In this document: piece after piece, positions 46,625-55,638 of the stretch
Position numbering within the stretch: position 1 is the stretch's first letter
Layout of the letters: each line of letters begins with the position of its first letter
DNA from: a virus
Taxonomy: Duplodnaviria > Caudoviricetes
Length of the DNA: 64,000 bases
Reading direction: 5' to 3' (one strand)
Virus record (IMG/VR): IMGVR_UViG_3300020046_005360
Notes under the pieces: model-generated
Told to the model about the DNA's origin: nothing
What the model saw: the letters and a program-made list of their open reading frames with translations, nothing else
Database searches by the model: none
Position numbers and translations under genes: made by a program

Positions 46625-47995
46625 TTATTCTATACTAAAAGCTTTGAATTTTGAAAGTAATAATTCTTTTTCTTCCTTTTGGACTTCGTTTGGATTTTTT
46701 GATTTAGGTTTTTGATCCTGATAAGACTCAGTATCATCATATTCATCTAAGAATTCAAACCCACCATAAGATGTGTCTATATTCATATTATATGTCATTC
46801 CATCAGGACCGTATCTATTTTTTTGAATATGTCCTCTTCCTTTACCTGATGTTTTATCTTTTTTGAGTCTAGATAAAGACATACCGAAATCAACGATTGC
46901 TTGTTTAGTGTAACTTCCAGAGGTTTTATCTCCTTCAACTACTTCATCTTTGGCCCCAGCTCTGTTTACTTGAGATACAGACCAAATTGGTTTGTTTAAT
47001 TCTTTAGCTAAACCTTTAATACCATAATGAATATCATCAGCTTCTTCTAATTTGTCTCTTCGTTTAATTGGAGGTTTTAATAATTCAGCATAATCTAAAA
47101 GAATTAAATCTGCTTCAAATCCCATATCACCACATTTTTGGATGTGGGCTTTTAATGTTGACAAAGATGCTCCTTTTGGTGGGTATTCTTTGATAATAAG
47201 ATTATTCTCAAAACCAGATATTTTCTCTTTAATTTTATCTTTAAAATCACCAACTTCACTTACAGATATTTTGGTAAAACAAGCATCATATCTTTTCCCG
47301 ACATAATCCTCACCTAATTCTAAAGTATAGTGAATAATTTTATACCCTAAAGCTAAGGCAAATGCACCAATGGCAACTAGTGCCCAAGATTTACCACCAC
47401 CGGGACCTCCATAAATTAATCCATAATCTCCACCACCAAGACCTCCTTGTAATAAAGAATTGATTATATGCCAAGGAGTTGGAACAGGACTTCTACTATT
47501 TTCTAGATATCGTTTTTCAATATCTTTAGTATACTCATGTCCAATTTCTTTATTTTGTCCTGCTTTTAATGCATTTTCTATTTTATGTCTGATCTCTTCA
47601 TATTGGCCTGTGTTTAATAAATCAACAGAATCTAGAAGGGCTTGTTTTAATTTTTGATTAATACAAAATTCACTAAATTCTTGTTCAACATACTCTCTAT
47701 CTTCATTAATAATAGTAAAAATTGATTTAAGTTGTTCAGTAATAGCAACTTGAAGAACTTCATTTTCTAATTTTTTAACCTCAATTTTAAAATATTCTAG
47801 GTTTGGAGCCATATGATATTGATCGAAATATTTTAATATTTCTTCAACAACCCAACGTAAACCTATATGTTCGAAATGTTCAACTTCTATAACATCTCGT
47901 ATATTCAATAAAAATTGTCTTTCCTTCAAAAGGGAATTAACAACTTTAAGTTGAAAATTATGTCCATAACTCTCTAGTGATTTTAATGCACTCAT
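46625..47995 (-). CDS. replicative DNA helicase (DnaB/T4 gp41-like)
   Basis: GGPGGGKS, HYTLEL, LLDYAELL, SQVNR, KNRYG. Confidence 0.9.
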   Translation of the reverse strand: MSALKSLESYGHNFQLKVVNSLLKERQFLLNIRDVIEVEHFEHIGLRWVVEEILKYFDQYHMAPNLEYFKIEVKKLENEVLQVAITEQLKSIFTIINEDREYVEQEFSEFCINQKLKQALLDSVDLLNTGQYEEIRHKIENALKAGQNKEIGHEYTKDIEKRYLENSRSPVPTPWHIINSLLQGGLGGGDYGLIYGGPGGGKSWALVAIGAFALALGYKIIHYTLELGEDYVGKRYDACFTKISVSEVGDFKDKIKEKISGFENNLIIKEYPPKGASLSTLKAHIQKCGDMGFEADLILLDYAELLKPPIKRRDKLEEADDIHYGIKGLAKELNKPIWSVSQVNRAGAKDEVVEGDKTSGSYTKQAIVDFGMSLSRLKKDKTSGKGRGHIQKNRYGPDGMTYNMNIDTSYGGFEFLDEYDDTESYQDQKPKSKNPNEVQKEEKELLLSKFKAFSIE

Positions 47996-48143
47996 TTATT
48001 TTATTTAATTAATAATATTCTTAATAAGGAAAAAATAAATAATGAAATTAAAATAATTCCAAATATTATACTTCTCCTTTCATCTCTTTTACATCTAGGA
48101 CAACCATTCATATTAATTTTAATTAAACAATGTTCACACTTCA

Positions 48144-49163
48144 TTATTTATACTTATTTAATGGTTCAAAATTATTACTTAACCACATATTCAAATTCAT
48201 TATACTATTTTCCAATTTATCTTCATTATAATAATTTAGAAATTTAGTTTTATTGAAATTAAATGGTTTTGATTTAACCATCTCTTCTAATCTTACCTTT
48301 TCTTGTTCTGGAATATTAGGATTTTTTAAATCCATCAACTTTTCGTTAATATACAACTGATGTTTGAAATTATATATATCTCCATACCAGGGATTGTTTT
48401 TAGATTCGATTAAGCTTTTGTCTATAATTTCTTGTAATGTAATAGGAGTTGTACCCTCTAATTCTGGGAACATTTTCATCAATTTTCCAGGTCCTATTTT
48501 AGGTACTTTTGGAACATTATCGGAAGTATCGCCTAATATAATCTTTTTATTTAGGAAATTTTGAGGCCACAATCCGAATTCTTCAAATATTAGTTCTGGT
48601 GTATAATACTTCTTTTTTATAGGTGAATATACGGAAATTTTTTCACTTACCAACTGTAAGAAATCTTGATCGGCAGAAACTATAATAGATTTATTGAATT
48701 TTGGCGCTAAATAAGCGATTACATCGTCGGCCTCTAATTTATCAACGATGGATATGGAAACAGGGAGACATTTAAGATAATCAATTAATCTTAACATCTG
48801 ATCCTTCATAGATTCTGATTCCTGTTGTAAGTTATCGAACCCCGTCCAATTTGTTATACGTTTTATTTTACGAGTACCTTTATACTCTGCGTATAGGTTT
48901 TTCTTATTTGTTATATTTCCCTCTCCGTCAAAGATTAAGATAACCCTTGTTGGGTTAATAGTATTAATCATAGCTCCTAAAGAACGTAAATATCCTGTTA
49001 GGCCTCCGGTATGATGACCTTGAGCATTGAATTTATTTATAGTACTAAAACTACGAATAAACATATTCATAGAGTCAATGAGTATTACCCTATCATTTAA
49101 TGATAGGGTTTCCTCAGTTGAATTTTCTTGTACTAAATCTAATAAATGTTGATATTTAGACAT
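48144..49163 (-). CDS. 5'-3' exonuclease/flap endonuclease (T4 RNase H-like)
   Basis: LIDSMN, IFDG, YKGTR, EADD, SADQDFLQ, GDTSDN. Confidence 0.9.
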   Translation of the reverse strand: MSKYQHLLDLVQENSTEETLSLNDRVILIDSMNMFIRSFSTINKFNAQGHHTGGLTGYLRSLGAMINTINPTRVILIFDGEGNITNKKNLYAEYKGTRKIKRITNWTGFDNLQQESESMKDQMLRLIDYLKCLPVSISIVDKLEADDVIAYLAPKFNKSIIVSADQDFLQLVSEKISVYSPIKKKYYTPELIFEEFGLWPQNFLNKKIILGDTSDNVPKVPKIGPGKLMKMFPELEGTTPITLQEIIDKSLIESKNNPWYGDIYNFKHQLYINEKLMDLKNPNIPEQEKVRLEEMVKSKPFNFNKTKFLNYYNEDKLENSIMNLNMWLSNNFEPLNKYK

Positions 49164-50217
49164 TTATAAAATCTATTTCGTTATCAGATACGGTTTCCTC
49201 AGTAAATTCAAAATCTTCCGAACCTAATACCAATCCCCACTCCTTCTTATGCTCTTTTTTATAACTATCTTGAGATGATGGGGTGTCTCTTATAAAACCA
49301 TGCGCTGTACTAATAATAGTTCCTTTACCTACATTTCCTGTAACGTGATTTTTATCTACTTGAACTTTAGTTTTTAAACCCCACTCAATTACACGTTTAT
49401 CCTTAGTTACATTCAATTTTTGTGTACCATCACTTGTTATATTACCAAAAGTAATAGCCATAGAACAATCATAATACATTGAATCACCATTTTTGTTTTT
49501 CATTTTAGGTTGAGCCATAGGCATTAAAGCTGGTTCAATCCAAATTTTATTTACATAAAGTGCACTGTTTGTATATGGTTGTGACTCTTTTCGTGATAAT
49601 ACTATTTGTTGATTAACAAAATTTGCGAATTGTTGTGAAAGTGCGGCAGCATTCCACATAGGACTATTAGAACTTTTTTCTATACTCATTCTACAAGGAA
49701 TAGATCCAATAGAATCCCATAAAAACAACAAATCGTGTGGTAAATTTCCTTTTTTCTGTTCATTCAACATATCCATGATGAACTCTGCAACATCTTCAAT
49801 ACATTTTAGTCTTTCTGAATCGACATATATGAAGAACCCATTATAAGATGTGTTTCCATCTTTGTCTACTTCTCTACCCAAATCGAATCCCATAGTTTCC
49901 CAATGTTCCCAAGAGTGTTTCATTTCTGTAATAATAATTACAGGAAGGATTCCATCTTTTTGGGCTTGAACTGCTTGTTCTATAAGAAGAGTTGTTTTTC
50001 CTGTATTACTTCGACCTCTAATTAAAGTTGTATGACCTTTTGGAATACCAGGAACTTGTAATACCTCTTGCATTGATTCAGAGAACTTAATCCATTCTTG
50101 TGGTTTGTAATTAGAATTGGAACTACCTAAGTTTTTTCCAGTTTTAAACTTATCTAAAGAAAATGAAGAGTTTACTTTTGTCCCCAACTCTGAGGACAGA
50201 CTTTTTGGTTTTGCCAT
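49156..50217 (-). CDS. RecA/UvsX-like recombinase
   Basis: GRSNTGKT Walker A, FLWDSIGS, DKNHV. Confidence 0.85.
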   Translation of the reverse strand: MAKPKSLSSELGTKVNSSFSLDKFKTGKNLGSSNSNYKPQEWIKFSESMQEVLQVPGIPKGHTTLIRGRSNTGKTTLLIEQAVQAQKDGILPVIIITEMKHSWEHWETMGFDLGREVDKDGNTSYNGFFIYVDSERLKCIEDVAEFIMDMLNEQKKGNLPHDLLFLWDSIGSIPCRMSIEKSSNSPMWNAAALSQQFANFVNQQIVLSRKESQPYTNSALYVNKIWIEPALMPMAQPKMKNKNGDSMYYDCSMAITFGNITSDGTQKLNVTKDKRVIEWGLKTKVQVDKNHVTGNVGKGTIISTAHGFIRDTPSSQDSYKKEHKKEWGLVLGSEDFEFTEETVSDNEIDFINV

Positions 50218-50233
50218 AATTTAAATAAAATAA

Positions 50234-50255
50234 TCCCTCCCCTAAGGGAGGGAAT
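50234..50255 (-). terminator. intrinsic terminator
   Basis: TCCCTCCC/GGGAGGGA stem then a U-rich tract on the minus strand. Confidence 0.75.
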
Positions 50256-50260
50256 TAAAA

Positions 50261-51061
50261 TTAGTCCTTGAATAACTCGTCGAACTCATTAGCAGTAACT
50301 ACTTCTTTCTTTTTAGTAGAGGCAGTAACTACATCACCAGGTTCAGAAGGAAATGCATTTGCTTTTTCAGTAGTAACAACTGTTTTTTCTTCTTCTTTAT
50401 CTGGGTTTAACCAATCTTCTAGAAAACCTTTCATTTCATCAAAAGTAAATCTTGAATAAAAACCAATAGGGTCTGGTTGATTACTTAACCAAGCTTCAAC
50501 CTGTTTTGGGTCTTTAGAAAGTGGAGACTGTTTCATTGCAGGTCTAATTGTTGACTCTTTATATGTAGCACCTTGCACTACATCTAATTTAAAATCAAGA
50601 CCGTTCATTACATCAGTAAAATCACCAATTTCTTCATCAGCCGCCAATCCCATCAAAGTAGTATAGATTTGAGTACCAAATTCGTAGAATCTAACACCTT
50701 TGTCTTCTTCACCTCTTACAATAACAGGGGCAAATACTCTCATTTTAGGTTTAATTTTTTTAGCTAATTTCCAATCTTCGGGATCAGATGATTTACCTAA
50801 ATTTTTGGCAAATTCTACCATCGGATCTTTTTCACCAAAGTTAATTGGGGAGATGATGGTTTTTTTCCCGAACTGGTAATGCATGAAAAGCTCAATGAAG
50901 GGATTTTCTGGGTTTGTTTTTAGTGGTACGAATCTCAATAGGGATTTTCCTAATGGGGCTTTCCAGAATATCTTTGCTCTTTCTTCAGCATTCTTGGAAC
51001 TGTTACCTTTGCGTGGATTCTGGATTTGCTCCAGTTTCGATTGAATTGACTTTAAGTCCAT
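50261..51061 (-). CDS. single-stranded DNA-binding protein (T4 gp32-like)
   Basis: FWK...LRFVP...NPF, GVRFYEFG, acidic tail EFDELFKD. Confidence 0.85.
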   Translation of the reverse strand: MDLKSIQSKLEQIQNPRKGNSSKNAEERAKIFWKAPLGKSLLRFVPLKTNPENPFIELFMHYQFGKKTIISPINFGEKDPMVEFAKNLGKSSDPEDWKLAKKIKPKMRVFAPVIVRGEEDKGVRFYEFGTQIYTTLMGLAADEEIGDFTDVMNGLDFKLDVVQGATYKESTIRPAMKQSPLSKDPKQVEAWLSNQPDPIGFYSRFTFDEMKGFLEDWLNPDKEEEKTVVTTEKANAFPSEPGDVVTASTKKKEVVTANEFDELFKD

Positions 51062-51078
51062 ATTTAAAAATTAATTGA

Positions 51079-51720
51079 TTACTTAATTATTGTTAACAAA
51101 TTTCTTTTAATTTCTCTATTATATTTAGAACATAGAGGTTGATAATTTGAAAAATGACTCAACTTTAAAATTTCTTCCTCAGTAGAACCACTTGATATTG
51201 GGATTATATGGTCTATATCCCAATTTTTATTAAATTCAAGAATTCCATCCTTAGGGTTACCTTGATTATCCCAATTCATCCAAGGTTCGAATAATGATTC
51301 GATATATAATTTAAATTCTTCGAAGGTACAACCTAAAATTTGATATGTTTTAGATTTTTTAGAATAACCTCCCCATTTTAATGAACAGTAAGTTAAAGAT
51401 CTTACGATTTTTGAAATTCTAAATATAGGATCTGTTTGATATTTATTATTTTGTTGAGATTTTATTTCATCCTTATTAGATAGTCTCCAATTTTTTTGAG
51501 TTTCTTGTACTTTTTCTATATTATCGAAATAATATGATTTATTATATTCTCTTAAATATTCTTTCTTACCTTGATTTTTTTCTTGTATATTATCTTTATT
51601 TAACAAGTACCAATCCCCTCTACATTGTTTACAATTATAACTTAAACCATCTTTAGAATTTTTACTCTTACTAAATTCCACTAGTTCTTTATCTACTTTA
51701 CATTTAGTACACGTCTTCAT
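51079..51720 (-). CDS. HNH-family homing endonuclease
   Basis: CTKC...CKQC; WDIDHIIP...SHFSNYQPLC. Confidence 0.85.
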   Translation of the reverse strand: MKTCTKCKVDKELVEFSKSKNSKDGLSYNCKQCRGDWYLLNKDNIQEKNQGKKEYLREYNKSYYFDNIEKVQETQKNWRLSNKDEIKSQQNNKYQTDPIFRISKIVRSLTYCSLKWGGYSKKSKTYQILGCTFEEFKLYIESLFEPWMNWDNQGNPKDGILEFNKNWDIDHIIPISSGSTEEEILKLSHFSNYQPLCSKYNREIKRNLLTIIK

Positions 51721-51836
51721 ATTACTTATTTATTATGCTATAATATACAAAGGAAATTATGTATATCCAAGTATTAGGGTAAAAAAGAGGATAAAATTTA
51801 TCCTCATTGTTTATCATATTTTATTTTTATTTATAT

Positions 51837-52193
51837 TTATATTTTTCTTAGATATTTCGGGTCAATTCTAGTATTACTTCCTTCATCACTTTCAAAAGCT
51901 CCATCATAATATATTCCTTCTTCCCCTTTATCTATATATAAAGAAGCAGCATCTGGTTCCAATTCTAATATATTATCGTACCCGAGTTCATCTAACTCAT
52001 ATTTAGGAACCGCACTACTACTAAATTCATTGTATATATCTCTATCTTGATAATCACCTTTATCTCCACTAAAATGATATACGTCTGTTAATATAACACA
52101 ACGATCCCCATCTTTTACAGGTGATGGATTGTGAACTTTTATTTCAGTAAGTATTCCAGCTAATTCTTGTAATCTTTGTATTTCGTTACGCAT
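51837..52193 (-). CDS. hypothetical protein with RLQELAGI-LTE-IKVHNP leader
   Basis: N-terminus nearly identical to that of 58865..59140. Confidence 0.75.
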   Translation of the reverse strand: MRNEIQRLQELAGILTEIKVHNPSPVKDGDRCVILTDVYHFSGDKGDYQDRDIYNEFSSSAVPKYELDELGYDNILELEPDAASLYIDKGEEGIYYDGAFESDEGSNTRIDPKYLRKI

Positions 52194-52202
52194 CTCCTCC
52201 CA

Positions 52203-52649
52203 TTATATTGTGATTATTTTATGAATCTTTGTTGACATTTTTTTCAATACACCATCTTGTACTAATAAAATAGAGTTTTTGTAATCACCCCAATTGATTT
52301 CATACTGAGTATCAATTTTTCCACCATTTAATTCCTGAATTAATGTATTTAAAGAATTAATGCTATATAATACGTTATGTTCTTTCTTACGGTGAAGTAA
52401 AATAGTGTTAGGAATTACTTTATCATTAATATTGAATTGATCAATATTATAAGTAGCTATTAAATTTTCTTTACCTTCAACCTGAAGTATGAATATCTTA
52501 CTATGTAATATAGTATATCTTTTAGTAATTTCTTGAATTGTATTTTCTAAGTCTTCTTCGTTGAAGAACGTAACAAATAATTTACCCATATCGTGTTTAC
52601 GATTAAAATCTAGTTCATCTATAAATACGTCGTTTTTTTGCTCTTTCAT
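52203..52649 (-). CDS. conserved hypothetical phage protein
   Basis: NTILLHRKKEHNVLYSINSLN. Confidence 0.75.
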   Translation of the reverse strand: MKEQKNDVFIDELDFNRKHDMGKLFVTFFNEEDLENTIQEITKRYTILHSKIFILQVEGKENLIATYNIDQFNINDKVIPNTILLHRKKEHNVLYSINSLNTLIQELNGGKIDTQYEINWGDYKNSILLVQDGVLKKMSTKIHKIITI

Positions 52650-52661
52650 AATCTTAATTTA

Positions 52662-53375
52662 TTATATTAATTTGTTTTTAAATTTCCATTTATATCCACC
52701 AGATGTTTTAAGTTTACCTTTACAGCATTTCAATATTGTAATTATATTAAAATTAGGATTCTCTTTATAAGCATGAGTAGCACTGTTCCACTCTTTAATA
52801 AACTTATTTTCTAAACTATATTGAATTATAGGTTTTGAATGACCATTAGGAGTGTGTTTATAATTAGATTCTAATGGATATTCTTTATATCTCCAAATAT
52901 AACCATAAGCAGTTTTTAATTTTCCTTTACAACATCCTGTTATATCACTACCTTTAGAATTATTTATTTTAAAAGAAGCAGATCTAATACTTTTCCATTC
53001 TTTTATAAAATTACCTTCTAAATCATATTGAAATATTGATTTTATTCCCTTACCTAATTTATTATTACTTATTTTATCTTTTGTTTCTTTAGAAGCAAAA
53101 TCCATCCCATTTCCACCATTATTTTTATTTTGTATATTGAATCCTAATTGTCTAAAATATTCAATCCAAAAACATTCTAAAGGTTTCCAATCCTTACTAT
53201 CAAGAGAGTTAACTTCATCTATATAATCGTAAATAATTTGTTTACCAAATTTACATTTATGTCTATTTTTACGACAATTTTTTGTTTTTCCTATATAGAC
53301 TTTGTTGGGGTCTCCATAGCAATTAGTAACTAGGTAAATTTTTGTAATTTGGGAAGGTTTTGATATATTTATCAT
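52662..53375 (-). CDS. GIY-YIG homing endonuclease with NUMOD repeats
   Basis: MINISKPSQITKIYLVTNCYGDPNKVYIGKTK; paralog of 38664..39526. Confidence 0.85.
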   Translation of the reverse strand: MINISKPSQITKIYLVTNCYGDPNKVYIGKTKNCRKNRHKCKFGKQIIYDYIDEVNSLDSKDWKPLECFWIEYFRQLGFNIQNKNNGGNGMDFASKETKDKISNNKLGKGIKSIFQYDLEGNFIKEWKSIRSASFKINNSKGSDITGCCKGKLKTAYGYIWRYKEYPLESNYKHTPNGHSKPIIQYSLENKFIKEWNSATHAYKENPNFNIITILKCCKGKLKTSGGYKWKFKNKLI

Positions 53376-53400
53376 CGTAGTATGTTTTAATGTTTGCACG

Positions 53401-53445
53401 TATAAATATTACTTCCCTAAGCCTCTATTCAGAGGCTTTTATTTT
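53401..53445 (-). repeat. 45-bp GIY-YIG cassette left end, copy B
   Basis: 44/45 identical to 39551-39595. Confidence 0.9.
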
Positions 53446-54771
53446 CCTCAAACTATTATAATTAATCCCATAACTTACAGAACACCTAAACTCACTTTTT
53501 TCTATTATCTTTTTAATATCTTTCAATAAATGTTTTCCATCTTCCTTTTTATAATCTAATAGAATTGCATCATAACTATAAAGTATTATTTTGCTTTTTT
53601 TATCCCTTAAATATACGAATAAATCTTTTAAAATCAAAATATTATAATAAGTTTCTGAACTCTGAATTATGTAATTCCAACATTTTTGTGGTGTTGGGTT
53701 TGGAATTTCAGACAATTTTATTTGTCTTCCCCCAACTAGTTCTACAAACCCTTGTTCTTGTATCCGTTTCCATAATTCTTTGATATGGTTTTCTAACTTA
53801 TTCCAAAATGGAACATGTTTGTATTGGGAAAATACACCCCCATTCATTTGTTTGAATGAAAGTTGTTTACTTTCTTTATATTCTTCTTCAGATAATTCTT
53901 CTTTTCCAAAATATGATTTTCCAAATTCTGTATGTATATCACCTTGAGGTAAATCAAAACCAATTATTTTAGCAGAGAGGAAAAGATGATATGAATTCAT
54001 ATCAAACTCAAATAAATAATCTTCACTAGGTATTATAAATTCTCGAGTTCCATCGTTCTTTTTTAATGCACCGAAATTAACTCCATTAAATGAATTAGAC
54101 GGACGAGAGGTAAAATTATATAAATTATATTGGGTAAAAATTTTATTATCTTTTATAGACAATTGTGGGTGTTTTATTGAATAATGTTGCTCAAAACAAT
54201 TATTATCAAGCGACATCCCTTCATTTTCAACACGGTACATGACTTCTATATAATCCGTGTTATAATACGTTGATTTGAATTGATTACCAATATATTTCTT
54301 AATAAAATTGTATATTAAATCTTGCTCCTCATAATGTTTAGTTACAGGAATATAAGAATTTAAATTTGGATTAGTTTTAAAAGACCCTTCAATATAATTC
54401 GCAACTATTGATTTATAATCAGGTATTTCTAAATTGTTTATATTACTTTCAAGGTGAAGTAAATTTATATCTATAATTTTAGAATCTAAAAATTCTTCTC
54501 CCAAAAAATATATTGATTTCTTTTTATCTAATATATAAATATTTGGATGTTTTAATATGAATTCTTTAACTAAACCTAATTCAATTCCTATTCCATCGTT
54601 ATGATTGATTGGGAAAATATAACCCTTATGACCTTCAACTTTATAATAAATTAATGAAATTTCAGTTAATTTAGGATGATAGTTATGATTTAGTGGAATT
54701 ATAGATATAAAACATTGTTTATTATAAGATAATTTTTCTAATTGTTCTTTTTCTTCTATTAACCAATACAT
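53425..54771 (-). CDS. DNA polymerase family A-like protein
   Basis: TSRPSN, motif A FEFDMNSYH, motif B SKQLSFKQMNG, NYIIQS, motif C YSYDAIL. Confidence 0.8.
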   Translation of the reverse strand: MYWLIEEKEQLEKLSYNKQCFISIIPLNHNYHPKLTEISLIYYKVEGHKGYIFPINHNDGIGIELGLVKEFILKHPNIYILDKKKSIYFLGEEFLDSKIIDINLLHLESNINNLEIPDYKSIVANYIEGSFKTNPNLNSYIPVTKHYEEQDLIYNFIKKYIGNQFKSTYYNTDYIEVMYRVENEGMSLDNNCFEQHYSIKHPQLSIKDNKIFTQYNLYNFTSRPSNSFNGVNFGALKKNDGTREFIIPSEDYLFEFDMNSYHLFLSAKIIGFDLPQGDIHTEFGKSYFGKEELSEEEYKESKQLSFKQMNGGVFSQYKHVPFWNKLENHIKELWKRIQEQGFVELVGGRQIKLSEIPNPTPQKCWNYIIQSSETYYNILILKDLFVYLRDKKSKIILYSYDAILLDYKKEDGKHLLKDIKKIIEKSEFRCSVSYGINYNSLRKIKASE

Positions 54772-54786
54772 AACTTTTTATTTACT

Positions 54787-54836
54787 TAAATATACGAATA
54801 TATTTTGATTAAAAAAGACCTTCATTGAAGGTCTTA
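54787..54836 (-). promoter_or_regulatory. terminator hairpin plus early/middle promoter
   Basis: AAGACCTTCA/TGAAGGTCTT hairpin with U-run, then TTCGTATATTTA. Confidence 0.7.
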
Positions 54837-54986
54837 ATATTATCCTATATAATATTCGTAATGATATCTATATTTTTCTTTATTTTCAGTTTTAACTAAA
54901 AATGGGATATTATTCCAAGATGCATATAATAACACATACAATAAATAAGTTTTAAGAATTTGATTTTCCATACTTTTAAATTTTAA

Positions 54987-55017
54987 GTAAATATACGAAT
55001 ATATTTTGAAACTCCAA
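54987..55017 (-). promoter_or_regulatory. early/middle promoter
   Basis: TTGG...TTCGTATATTTAC. Confidence 0.7.
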
Positions 55018-55018
55018 A

Positions 55019-55633
55019 TTAAGGTTTAGAAAATTGTTCTAGATTAGTTAGATATTGTTTTATTCCCGAAAATGATTTTTCTTTAATATCTAATATTCGT
55101 TGGTTGGTTCCTTTTACTGTTTCTTGAAATTTATGAGTTGTTTTATCTTTACTTAATGATTCTGATATCCTCCACAACAATGATATCGGCTTCCACAATG
55201 GGTAATTGTAAATTCCTCCTAATGATGATAAATCTTCGTATGTTAACTTATCTATTTCTATTATTTGGAATTGTCTTATTGTTCTTTGTTTTGCAAAGTA
55301 TCTTGTAATTTTGTTGTTACTATAATCAGCTTTTGTTGGTGAGGGATAAAATTGTGTTGGTTCTTTAAATTCTAATATATTAACACCTCCTTTATTTAAC
55401 GAATTAAATATTAACGAATCTCTACTTACTATTAATTTTGATGGAATGGAATTATTTTCTGTTATTCTAATTAAAGGAGATACTAAAACGTCTTGAGGAT
55501 TTTTTCCTGTGAATTGTTTTCCATCATAAGTTATAAAGTAATCTCCTACATAATCTTTTCCATCTTTAGTAGTGAATTCTCCTAAATTTGCTTTCAGATT
55601 AGTAATAACTCTAGATTTTGGAAAATACGGCAT
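55019..55633 (-). CDS. putative virion/baseplate-associated protein
   Basis: Last gene of the tail module; PSPTKADY...ITRYFAK. Confidence 0.55.
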   Translation of the reverse strand: MPYFPKSRVITNLKANLGEFTTKDGKDYVGDYFITYDGKQFTGKNPQDVLVSPLIRITENNSIPSKLIVSRDSLIFNSLNKGGVNILEFKEPTQFYPSPTKADYSNNKITRYFAKQRTIRQFQIIEIDKLTYEDLSSLGGIYNYPLWKPISLLWRISESLSKDKTTHKFQETVKGTNQRILDIKEKSFSGIKQYLTNLEQFSKP

Positions 55634-55638
55634 AAAAG

